Of a stretch of 57,463 bases of DNA, positions 36,416 to 46,800 are shown in pieces (position 1 is the stretch's first letter; the number at the start of each line of letters is the position of its first letter). The stretch is taken from assembly GCA_963575745.1 (NCBI GenBank), contig CAUYUJ010000022.1:62001-119463 (forward strand), given 5' to 3'. The position numbers and the translations under genes are program-made. The notes under the pieces are model-generated. The model searched no databases. It was not told the DNA's origin and worked only from the letters and a program-made list of their open reading frames with translations. The stretch is from Prorocentrum cordatum. Lineage: Eukaryota.

Positions 36416-37563
36416 ATCAGAGGAGGAATCGGTCTGGATACCGCTGCCGCCGGCAGCCCTCGAGGTCCAGAGCACGCTGCGCGTTGGGTTTGGACTGCCG
36501 TGTGTCGTGCTGTCCTGCCCTGCTCCCTGATCGGAGGAGCAGAGGGCACCGATACCGCTGACCCTTCCCTCGTCTTCGCTTTTTGGGGCCTCCTGTGAGG
36601 CTTTCGTCGCCACCGCTGGATTCTCTTCGTACTTCTGGTCAGAGTGCACTCCAGGAGACGTCTGGGGAGCGGTGGCACCGGTCAGAGTGAGGGGGGCGAA
36701 CTGCCATTGTCCCCTGGTGCGTGGCAGAAGTGGCGTTCCGTCCGGCGGATTCTGCCTGTTGTGTTTGCTGTTGCGTTGTCGTCGTTCTCGAGCCCGACGC
36801 GCCCGCGACAGACCCGCGACCCACCCCGTACCCGCCACCTCACTCTTACCCGCAATTGCGGGGTGCTGCGTGTTCTTTGTCCCCCCAGTGGCTTGGCCTC
36901 GCTCGGGCGTGTGCAGCAAAAACGCAAGCGCGAAACCGACAACGGCTTCGGTAGCAAATCATGGGATCCTGGTATACCCTCCCAATACCGTCTTTAGCGT
37001 CGACGCGCGTCGACTAGCGAGTGGGAGTCGATGGGGTAGTGCCGACTTGGCGTCGGCTAGCGTCGGTTAGCGTCGATTTTGCGTCGATTTGGCGTCGCTT
37101 AGCATCGACTAGCGTCGATTCGTGAGAGCCGGCAGGATGGTATAGAAGGCTCCCATGAGTTAGGGATGGACGTCCGAGCGATGGCAGGGTGGAGGCTTGA
37201 GCCTCGAGGGTGGAGGTCTGCAGGGGCCCTCTGCCTGCTCTCTCGGGGCTGGCCGCGGGGGGCCCCGGGAGGCCAGCGGAGGGCCCCTGGGGAGGCCCCG
37301 AGGGCTCGGCGGAATCTGCCAGAGACCTCCAGAGGCCGTCGGGGGCCGTCGTGGGCCGTCGTCGTCGTCGTCGTCGCCGTGGTCGTCGTCGTGGTCGTCG
37401 TCATCGTCGTCGTCGTCGTCGTCGTCGCCGTGGTCGTCGTCGTGGTCGTCGTCGTGGTCGTCGTCGTCGTCGTCGTCGCCGTGGTCGTCGTCGCAGCCGT
37501 CGCGGTCGTGGTAGTCGCGGTCGTCGGTGTCAGAGGAGGGAAGCGGGGTGATGGTGGTGGTCG

Positions 37564-37600
<37 letters not shown>

Positions 37601-37611
37601 GGGCCGTCGTT

Positions 37612-37643
<32 letters not shown>

Positions 37644-37644
37644 G

Positions 37645-37682
<38 letters not shown>

Positions 37683-37846
37683 GGTCGTCGTCGTCGTCGT
37701 GGGCGTCGTGGTCGCCGTCGTCGGCGAAGCAGTCCAAGAGCAGTCCTGCCTGGCCGCTGTGCCTCCAGAGCCTGCCGCGCACGCGGCGCGCGCCAGGCGC
37801 CCCGGGCGGTTTGGCAGGCCCCCCCGTGCGTGGCCAAGGGGCCATC

Positions 37847-40800
37847 ATGAGGGCGGCAGTCGTGGCCGCGGCCGCGGGCGTCGCCGCGCTCGGGAAGGCG
37901 GCCGTGCCCGTGGAGGCGGCCGACCCGGGCGCGCCCTGGCGCAGGCTGATCGGCGAGGCCTCGGCGGTGCACCCGTCGACGTCGACGTCGACGGCCACTG
38001 AGGGAGAGAGAACACTGCCTATACGGTAGGTTCGCGTCGTGTCGACCGGCGGCGGCCCCGCCAGCGGCGTTCCACGCGGAACGCCGCGGGCGACCCAGCA
38101 TCGGTCGATGTGGACAGATTTGGACGTGTCGGAAACGGCCGCTCGTTCACGGTGGAACGCTCCCCGCGGTGTCAGAGACGCCAGCGCCGAAGTCGGCACG
38201 ACACGAACCCGACGCAAACGCGGGCCGTCCGAGGCGTCCTTGGGTCGGCGCCGGGGCCCCCCCCCCCGTGGAGGCGTCTCCCGCGCCGCCCCCTGGCGCG
38301 CTCCGCGCGCCCCGGTCAAGGGGGCCGAGCGCCGGTCCACGAGCCTCGCGCGGGGCTCCTCAAGTTTGTGCTCCTGCGCGTTGGTTTCCCTGGCAGGCCA
38401 CGCGGGCCGCGACGACGTCGTCGACGCGCACGGCCACGACGACGGCGGCCGAGTGCCAGCCGGCGCGGCACCTCATGGACACGTTCACGAGGGAGGCGTT
38501 CCCGGCCAGCCTCGGGAGCTGCGCCCTCGTAGGCTCGGGCGGGGCCCTGAAGGGCAGGGGCATCGGCGGCGAGATCAACGCGCACGACACCGTGATCTGG
38601 AAGGGCGAAACAACGCGCAGACCCAACCTTTCCTGACAAGCGAGCAGCACGCACTCGCACCCATAGTGTGGACGGCGGGGGCTGTGGGTGCGTGCTGTCA
38701 GATGGGGGTCCCCGCTCGAACGGGCGCCTCCCCTGGGGCCCGACAACCCGCACCCATGCTCATAGCCAGGCCGCCTCCCTCCGACCCACCTACGTATGGG
38801 TATGGTTCAGTCGGGCGTGTCCCTCTACAGGAGGAAAAATCAAAAATAGTTAAACAAAAAAAAGTCATTAGACGATTTTTCTAATATCTTTGGAAATTTG
38901 TTGTTTCCTTTCATTTTTCGTCCACAACCCGCCTGTAGGAGGACATGCCCGACCTAAGGGTATGGGTCTGGGTGTGTGTGTGTGGTCCACTTCCGTCATT
39001 TGCCGAGATCCGGGCGGATGTCTTGGGTCGGCTCTGGGCCCCCCTTCCCGCACTCCCAGCGGCGCACCTCCCGGCTTCCGCCGCGTGCGCGCGTTTGGCG
39101 CGCCTCAGGAGAGGCTCATGCTGTTCCAACCTACGTTAGCCTTGATCACCAAAACGAAATTCGCGCACCAGGAAAGTACCGAAACTGGATGGTTGTCACG
39201 CGTCGGTTCCTGGGAGGCGATATTCGTTCGACACTGTTTCGATACTTCTCCCAGTGCTCAAATCTATTTCTGGGATCACGCCCTCAAGTGCGATGGGAGC
39301 AGCATAAGGAGAGGCATGCACCGAGGCGGGTGCAGCGCCGGCCCCTGAACCAGAGGAGCAAAAGGTCAAGCAGGAGGAGGAGGAGGGAGGAGGAGGAGGA
39401 CGAGGAGGAGGAGGAGGAGGAGGAGGAGGAAGAGGGGGAGGAGGAGGAGGAGGAGGAGGAGGAGGAGGAGGAGGAGGAGGAGGAGGAGGAGGAGCAGGAG
39501 GAGGATGAGGAGGAGCAGGAGGATGCGACGTTGGCTGGCTCCCAGGCTGCCCAGGCTTCCAGGATCTCCAGGGTCGGAGGAGGGAAGAGGCACCCGGTGC
39601 ACCTCTGCGATATTTGTTTGACTATTTGGGGGGTATTTTTTGTTCTTCGTCGAAAATCCCCCTGTAGGGGGACAGGCCCGACTTAAGGAGAGGCCCGAGA
39701 GGGGTAGCTCAGAGGAGGAAAAGGTACCCATACCTCTACCCTTCGCCCGTTTTCCCCGATTCGGGCCTCCTGGGGAGCCCTCGTCGCCACCGCTGGATTC
39801 GCCTCGAGATCCTGGTTCGAACGCACCCCAGGAGAGGTCCGGGGAGTGGCGGTATCGGTACCTCTTGATCTCCCCAGTAGCGGCATCGGCATCTCTCAGC
39901 GTGCCCAGCCCATCAGGGGTCCCCAAGAAGGCTCCGCAGGGGCTCCAGAAGCGAGGGCTGCCAGGCATCTCTGCATGATCCTGGAACGCATCCCGAGCCA
40001 GCCCCATCATGACATCAGCCTCGTCCTCCAGAGAAGTCGTGCGCGGCTCTGCGGAAGGGTAGGTCTACGAGTTCGTTTGTGCTTCTGCGGTCCGCGTGAA
40101 CCGCGTCCCTTCGGAGCCCTACTACTCCGACCTCGGCAGCAAGACCAACGTGTTCTACTCCAACTCTGCCACAGACACGTACCCGTCGGGGGAGCTCGGC
40201 GTTTGGATCACGAAGATCAGGGAGGGCAATTCCATCGGAGAGAAGATGTATTGCCCGTTCCAGCGCAACGCCTCCTCAGGCAACTGTCCTTTCGAGCACT
40301 TGGTTGTGGCACGGTCGACGAAGTACGGAAGCGACAGGAGGGGATCCAGCAGAAATGGAGGGGAGGGAAGGGAAGGGAAGGACAGGTTCATTGAAGGAAC
40401 AAGAGATGGGTATGGACCCTCAGGATTGGCGATAAGATCAACATGCCGTTCAGGATCCCAGATTACTTGCAACCTCCTTTCGATGTATCGCATCCTTCGT
40501 TGGCGTTGGAGACATTCTACTGGAATTCCGCCCCGATGCAGGGCTACTACACCTCCGGCGGCCTGAAGGCGTTCTTCACGGTCGCTCCGCTGTGCGACTC
40601 GGTCACGCTCTACGGCTTCGCCGGCAGCGGGAACATCGATAACCACACCATCGACACCGTTCACAGCTTCGACACCGAGCACCAGTGGCTCCACCGCATC
40701 GCTGTGGGCGACGCGCGCGACTCCGACTTCAGTGCCGTCGGCGCCAAGGACTGGCTGTTCCAGAACGGCCTCGACGACTCCGTCATGGAGGATCGACGAA

Positions 40801-41203
40801 CAGAAGCTGCATCACATCAGCACAGACTGTCGGATCTCCGCGTTGACTTCGTGGAGCGACGCTGCCCCCCCCCCCCCCCCTGGCGCGCTCCGCGCGCCAG
40901 GGGAGGCGCTAGAGGCGCCGCCAGGGAGGGGGGGCAGCGCCGATCCAACGAATTCCGCGCAGACCTCTGACAGCACAGTTTACGTGTGCACCCCTGTCTC
41001 TTCTGTTGGAGGAGCTGCCGACGGTCATCAAGGGCCTGCAGGACCGCCTGAGGTGCCTCGGCGAGCGGGGCAAGATCCGCATCGACGGATGGACCTCGCC
41101 CGCCAGCGAGGAGCTTCAGGGGCTGATGGCCGTCGCGGAGAGCCGCGCAGATGCCGGAGCTCGGCGGCGAGCAAATCTTGAGCAGGGTCCAGCCAGAAGA
41201 TAA
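37847..41203 (+). CDS. Glycosyltransferase family 29 (sialyltransferase-like); exons approx. 37847-37993, 38397-38597, 40093-~40308, ~40400/40454-40790, 41012-41203
   Basis: Sialylmotif L is split over two exons (SCALVGSGGALKGRGIGGEINAHDTVI|RVNRVPSEPYYSDLGSKT). Motif S (TSGGLKAFFTVAPLCDSVTLYGF) and motif VS (HSFDTE) follow. There is a hydrophobic N-terminus and a Thr/Ser-rich stem. GC-AG|G intron 37994-38396 and GA-AG|G intron 40791-41011 preserve frame. Confidence 0.92.
38806..38957. mobile_element. 152-bp MITE with TIR TT(A/C)(A/G)GTCGGGC.TGTCC..CTACAGG and 8-bp TSD GGGTATGG
   Basis: Inverted termini and an exact TSD at 38798-38805 and 38958-38965. Further termini of this family occur at ~39655-39686, ~51488-51519, ~54098-54129, 55633 and 57279. 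Confidence 0.85.
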
Positions 41204-43394
41204 TGACGGGGAACCTTGATCAGGTGGGGGTACGACATGGATAGCTCGTTCCAGAGAGTATTGGGACGCTCTCAGAGCGTTCCAGAACGCTCTGGGAAGG
41301 CCGCGGCGCCCGATACATGCTCTAGAAACGCCAGATCTCAGGGCCACACGATGTATCTCTGGCTGATGTTTGTTTCTGTCCTGGCTCCGTCCCACCTGGC
41401 ATCCGCACAGTCGAGACGCTGAAGGAAGGACACGCTTCGGGTTCGGAAGGGGCTCGTTGTTCCTTCGGTCACTCCGTGGTTGTTCCTCTGGCTCTCCTCG
41501 GGCTCTCAGGCGCTCTCGGTGCCAAGAGGGGGCTCCGTTCTTTATGCAGCGCTCCTTGTGGCAGCAGCTCGGCTGCGGTACACCTCTGACGCTGACGCCT
41601 CCAGTTCTGTGCGCCACCGAGGAGTGTCGCGCCGCGAGCTACTGGTCAGGTCTGCCGCGTATCGTCACGGAGTGCACGGGTTACTCGAGAGATGGTGCGG
41701 TCGCCCACTCTCTTCTACCTCCTTTTACTTTTTCTCCCCAAAAATGATGCCACCCGAAAAGACAAACAGACGGGTGGCGCGCCGCGGCGCGCTCGAAAAG
41801 TGCCTCCTGGCCCATCCTGTGCCACTTTCGTGGGCCACGCCCCGCTCGACAAGTGCTGGTATTGTCCAAGGCCCCTGCATCCTTGCCGCGCCTTCTTGCC
41901 ATCAGCTCTGCCCCGTCATGCACTGCTGACGCCTCCAACTCTAGAGAGTGTTTTTGTCACCCTCTGGGCGGCAGTCCAGATAGATCTGTGGGTCTTGAGT
42001 GTCATTTGTTAGCACTGGAAGATCAGGGTCCCCCCCCCTCACCCACCCCCCATAAAGTAGCGCTCCCCCCCTCAGTGCGCCCCTGGCACTGCCGCAGTGC
42101 GTCCGGCACCACAGTCTGGGGGGTGGGGGGCGCTACTTTATGCCCCCTCCCTCCCCCTCCCCCCCCTCTAACGCCCGTTACAGTCAACCCGCATGGTAGG
42201 GATGGGCAACCTTCCCAAGGGTACCCTTGCATCCTTCCCTCCTCGGCCCATCCTTGACCACTTACGTTGGCCGCGTCCCGCTCGAGAAACGCCGAAATGG
42301 GCGCCCAAGGGCCCTGCATCCTTATCCTGCGCCCTTGCGATTCTCGGGAAGGTCGTAGAGAGCTCAGATGGTTTCAGATCACAAAGCTGGAGCCGCAGGG
42401 TGGCCCCAGAGCTCGTGCCGTCTTCGCTCCGGAATCCCCGGCGCAGCTTGTCCGAACTCGCAGCTTGTCCTGAGAGCCGCCTTTTTGCTCAGCGTTTGCC
42501 ACTACATCGGCCCAGAAGCTCTCCAGGAGTTCCTCCCGAAGCTCCCTCGAGGAGCTCCCAGAGCTTCTTCGAGAGGCCTTCGCGCGTCTTTCCAGCGCCC
42601 CGGTGTCCGGAGTCTGACGCCCCGTGCTACCTGGGTTGGGGGATTCTTCCGAGCTCGAGGCTGGGGATGTCTCGAGCGAGAGAGGGGGGTCCGCACCACC
42701 AGGGAAAGACCCCCCTTGCCTCCTCGCACCTCCTCGCCCTAGTGGCGTTGGTGGCGCCTTCCCTTGTTCCCAGTGTGGCCGCGGATGAAGAGATGCGCTC
42801 CTGTGCGCTGCCGAGGCGGGCGGAACGGCGAGCGCGGGGGGGAAGTGAGAAGGGGCGGGCCTTCTCAGAAGGCTCGGATGTTCCCGCATACTGAGAAGTG
42901 GTCTGAGCCTTCCATGCAGACAGAGGAAACTTCTCAAACGGCTCCAGGGCTTCTGAGAAGTCCCGCCGCCTTCTGTGAGGGTCCTCTCCTTTTTTCTTCC
43001 CCCCCTCGCTCGCCGCCGAATAACGCCCGTCATTGCCGCGAGTAAATACATGCGTCGACCCGCAGAGGTCTGGACCCGTTCCCTGGGAGCGGCTTGTCGT
43101 CCCGAGTCCTTCTCTGATGGCCCTAGGGCCTGGTAGGGCCCCCCGGAGGTTGAAAATCGCACACTAATTCCCGTCGTAATTCTTTCCCCCGCGCCATCAC
43201 CCACGAGGGGAAGAAACACACAGACATCATTAATCGTCGACTTCCAGGAAAATATGGGAAACGATGGGAAGGTGGGGGTGAAGACACAAGCCCAGAAAAA
43301 AATATGAAAATACGTGGAATCCTTGTTATTTGTGTGTATTCATTTGTGTGTGTCCAAGGGCCCCTTCAATCACGCCCGTTATGCGAGTAGAACA

Positions 43395-43566
43395 ATGCGC
43401 TCCCGTGTGCGCCGCCGAGGAGCGGCGCGCCGCGCCGCGCTTCCCGCGCGCCGAGGGGCGCCGTGGAGCGCGCCGGTGGCCGGCGGCTTCGCGCTGCTCG
43501 CGCTGCTCGCGGCGGTGGCCGGCGGGCGGCGGCGCCAGGCCGTCGAGGGGGAGAAATACGAGTGGG
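43395..43566 (+). CDS. Possible first exon of a membrane/secreted protein gene (MRSRVRRR..VAGGFALLALLAAVAGG..EGEKYEW)
   Basis: ATG, GC3-rich codons and a basic N-terminus followed by a hydrophobic segment. Downstream exons were not confidently identified. Confidence 0.4.
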
Positions 43567-43809
43567 GCGCCGGAACCCTCGATCCACAACCCTCGATTCT
43601 CCTCCTCCTCCTCCTCCTCCTCCTCCTCCTCCTCCTCCTCCTCCCTCCTCCCTCCTCCCTCCTCCCTCCTCCCCTCCCTCCTCCCTCCTCCCTCCTCCCT
43701 CCTCCCTCCTCCTCCTCCTCCTCTTCCTCCACTTCCTCCTCCTCCTCGTCCTCCTCCTCCTCCTCTTCCTCCTCCTCCCGTCCTCCCCCCCCACACACAC
43801 AATACTTTT

Positions 43810-46800
43810 GCTAAAGACTGCTTCCATTGCGGGACGAGCGCGCTTTGGCATTCACGGATCGCTCTAGTCCGAGCGCGGCAAGGTTCTTGGAACCTGGTTT
43901 TGTTTTCGCCTTCACCGAGGGGTCGGGCTCCCTCACATATTCCATCTCCTTTGCAGTAGTCTCGGGTGGCACCCGCACTCGCTCATGACAGCTGGAAGCA
44001 AGGCGCGCCGTGGCACCTCCAGCAGCAGCTTCAGCAGTGGGGTGGTCAACGCCATCCTGGACGGGGCGGAGGCGGTCAAGCGGCCCCGTCCCCTTTCATG
44101 CAGTTCGGCCACGTCTCCCAGTCCCCGTTCAGCAACGTCGACTTCGGAGGAAACGGCGGCGGCAAAAAGCGGGGGCACTGGGCCTGCGTCTTTTGCCCAT
44201 GTATGAAGAACCCACACTACGCGTCGGCTTGCAACCACTGCGGCGGTGCCAGGGCAACCCCAGGTTTTGGGCCAGGCACGACGCCAAAGGGTGTCTGGGG
44301 CGCTCCACTGCCTCCTCGTGGCGCTGGTGGTCATGGGCCTGCAGGTGGTGGGGCTCACGGTCAACAGCCAGCAGGTGGCGGAGGTGGTGGCCCCAAAAAG
44401 CCGCCGCACACCGATTTGTCGATTGAGGAGCTGGAGTCGCTCCTCACCATGCTGCAGAAGTGTTGAGACACAGCTGGGGCCAGTTGGTGCCAGCGCGCCC
44501 TGGAGTCCAAGAAGGCGGCTTCCAGGGAGCAGCCGTTGCAGCAACGCATCAACGTTGCCTTCAACAACCTGCGCGCAGCCGAGGCCAAGCTGTCGCGCGC
44601 CATGGAGACTTACGACCATATCGCCAACAACCTCGCTAAGCAGCGGGGCTTCGTCACGAGCGTCAACCAGGAGCTTGAGGCGCACGAGCAGCTCCACAAG
44701 CAGCTGGTGGAACAACTTCACGCTGAGTGCTCACAGCCAGCGCCCGCACCTTCGGCAAGCCCCAAGGCTGAAAGGTCTGTTCGCGACCTCCTCGGCGGCA
44801 ATGTGGCGGATATACCCATCGTGGTGGGCGACCTGTTTGAGGCTGACGACGGCGCGGATCTGGGTCTGTCCGACGAGGACCGCAAGCAGGCGGAGGCGTT
44901 GGTGGATACTCTCGAGCAGGGCCTTCAGGAGGCCTCCGAAGCATTGTTCAAGAAGGCCGTGCAGCACGCCGGCAAGGTCAATGCTGATCGCGAGTCCCTT
45001 CTTGCGCGGCTCAAGGCGAACCGCCGACGAATTGCGCCTGAGAAATCAGAAGCAGGAGGAGGTGACGCTTCACATCCTGAGGCACCCGCTCCTGAGCCTG
45101 CCGCTGCTGCGGACCCGCTGAGCCCCCAACTGGCGCTGCGCCCGCTGGAGGCGGGCCAGCCGACCCCCGACGACGCGCGGGGTCGGGCAGCCAAGATCGC
45201 CGCAGAGGCGGCGGCGGCCCAGCAGCAGCTGTAGCCAGCGTTTGTCAAGGGCCTCCAGGTGCCTGGGGAAAGGGCCGGCTGCTTTGTGGAAGGCTTCGAG
45301 CTCGGTCATGGCCAGGGCTAGCGACATCCTGTCGGTCTCCTCCCAGGCCCATGTTTTTGGGCCGCAGGAGCCTCCTGGCACGAATCTCGCGCGGTCGGCC
45401 TTTGTGGGGTCGCCGTCCAGGGACGAGCTTTCTTTGATTCTCGCTGCTGCTAACGTTTCGGGTTGGGGCTCGGCTCAAAGTTGGCTTAAGCAAACTGGAG
45501 CCCGCGTGGTCTGTCTCCAGGAGCATCGGTTGTGCAAGCAAGAGGACCTCGATCAAGCCTCGGCCTGGGCCCTCCGACAGGGGTGGAAGGCTCTCTGAAT
45601 CCCAGCTATCCATGACGAGTCTTCGGGTACAAGAGGAGGCGCCGCAATTCTGGCAAGACAGCGCCGGGGGCGACATCCTCTCAGTCACTCTCATCTCTAT
45701 GCATGGCGAGCGGTAGGAGGAGTGGCTCAGCTTCCAGGAGGAGCGAGCATCGCGGCGGCCAGTGTGTATTTTTGCACGGGGCTGGGCTGGTGGAGCGCAA
45801 CTTGTTTGTTTTGAAGGAGGTCGGAGAGTTCGTCGCGGCTTCGGGAATGCCATGGCTCGTGGGAGGGGGCTTCAACCTCGAGCCTCACACCTTCCCCACC
45901 TCGTCGTTCCTCGACACCGCGAATGGAGAGCTCCTCGTCCCACCTCAGTCCACCTGCTTTACCGCGGGAGGGATGAGGACCAACGACTCCTTTATAGCTA
46001 GCCGCGGCTTCAGCCAGGCTGCTCGTCATGTCTTTTTCGGAAGCAGCCACGAATCGGCCTCGATGGGGTGATCGGTCCCTGGATTCAGCCTCCGTCTTTC
46101 AGTTTCGGACCGAGCCGGGCGAGGCTCGCCGCTTGGCGCTGACGGGAAAGGGCGCAGCCACTCAAGACTGCGCGGACACAGCTGACGAAGCCCGGGCTGA
46201 TTTGGCCGTAGTCGAGTTGCGCAACCGCAAAGGGGACCCCATCTCTCCTTCGGGCCTCAGGGGGCTCAAGCCGAAAGTCCCATTGTTTTTCTTTTCGCCG
46301 CTCGGGCGGCGGCTGGCGGGGGGGGGCTCAAGCCGTCGCCTCCTCAGCGTGACCCTGAGGCGGAGGCGGCGGACTGGCTCTTCGATCCCCCGTGCGAGCC
46401 TTGCGCGGAGCAGGGGGCCCCTGTCCCCTCCCCCCCGCGCTGCGCTCGACTCGCTCTCGAGACCATTGGTGCAGGACGCGTGGCTCCTCAGCAGGAGGGC
46501 GCCGCATCTCCGTCGAGGGGCGTCGGCGCGGATTTTGCCGCTGCGCGCGACGCCCTTTCCGACGTCCCGCCGCAGGTGCAGGCTGGGAAAGGCGAATGCG
46601 CTCATTCGTTTGCCGAGGCCCACCGCCTTGCGGCTCGGCCCCTAGCCGCGGGCACGCGTGCCGCTGCTAAGGGGCCGCTCAGCAGAGTGACCCTGGCGGT
46701 GGACACCGTCGACAGCGCGGCCAGGGCACGAGGCCGCGCGCCCTGGGACGCATGAATCAAGGGGGGATAGAAAAATGAGGCGAGGAGGGTTCATCAAGTC

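Noticed and set aside
41230..42030. 3' fragment of another LINE
   Set aside because: There is only a faint resemblance to a C-terminal Cys motif, too weak to call.
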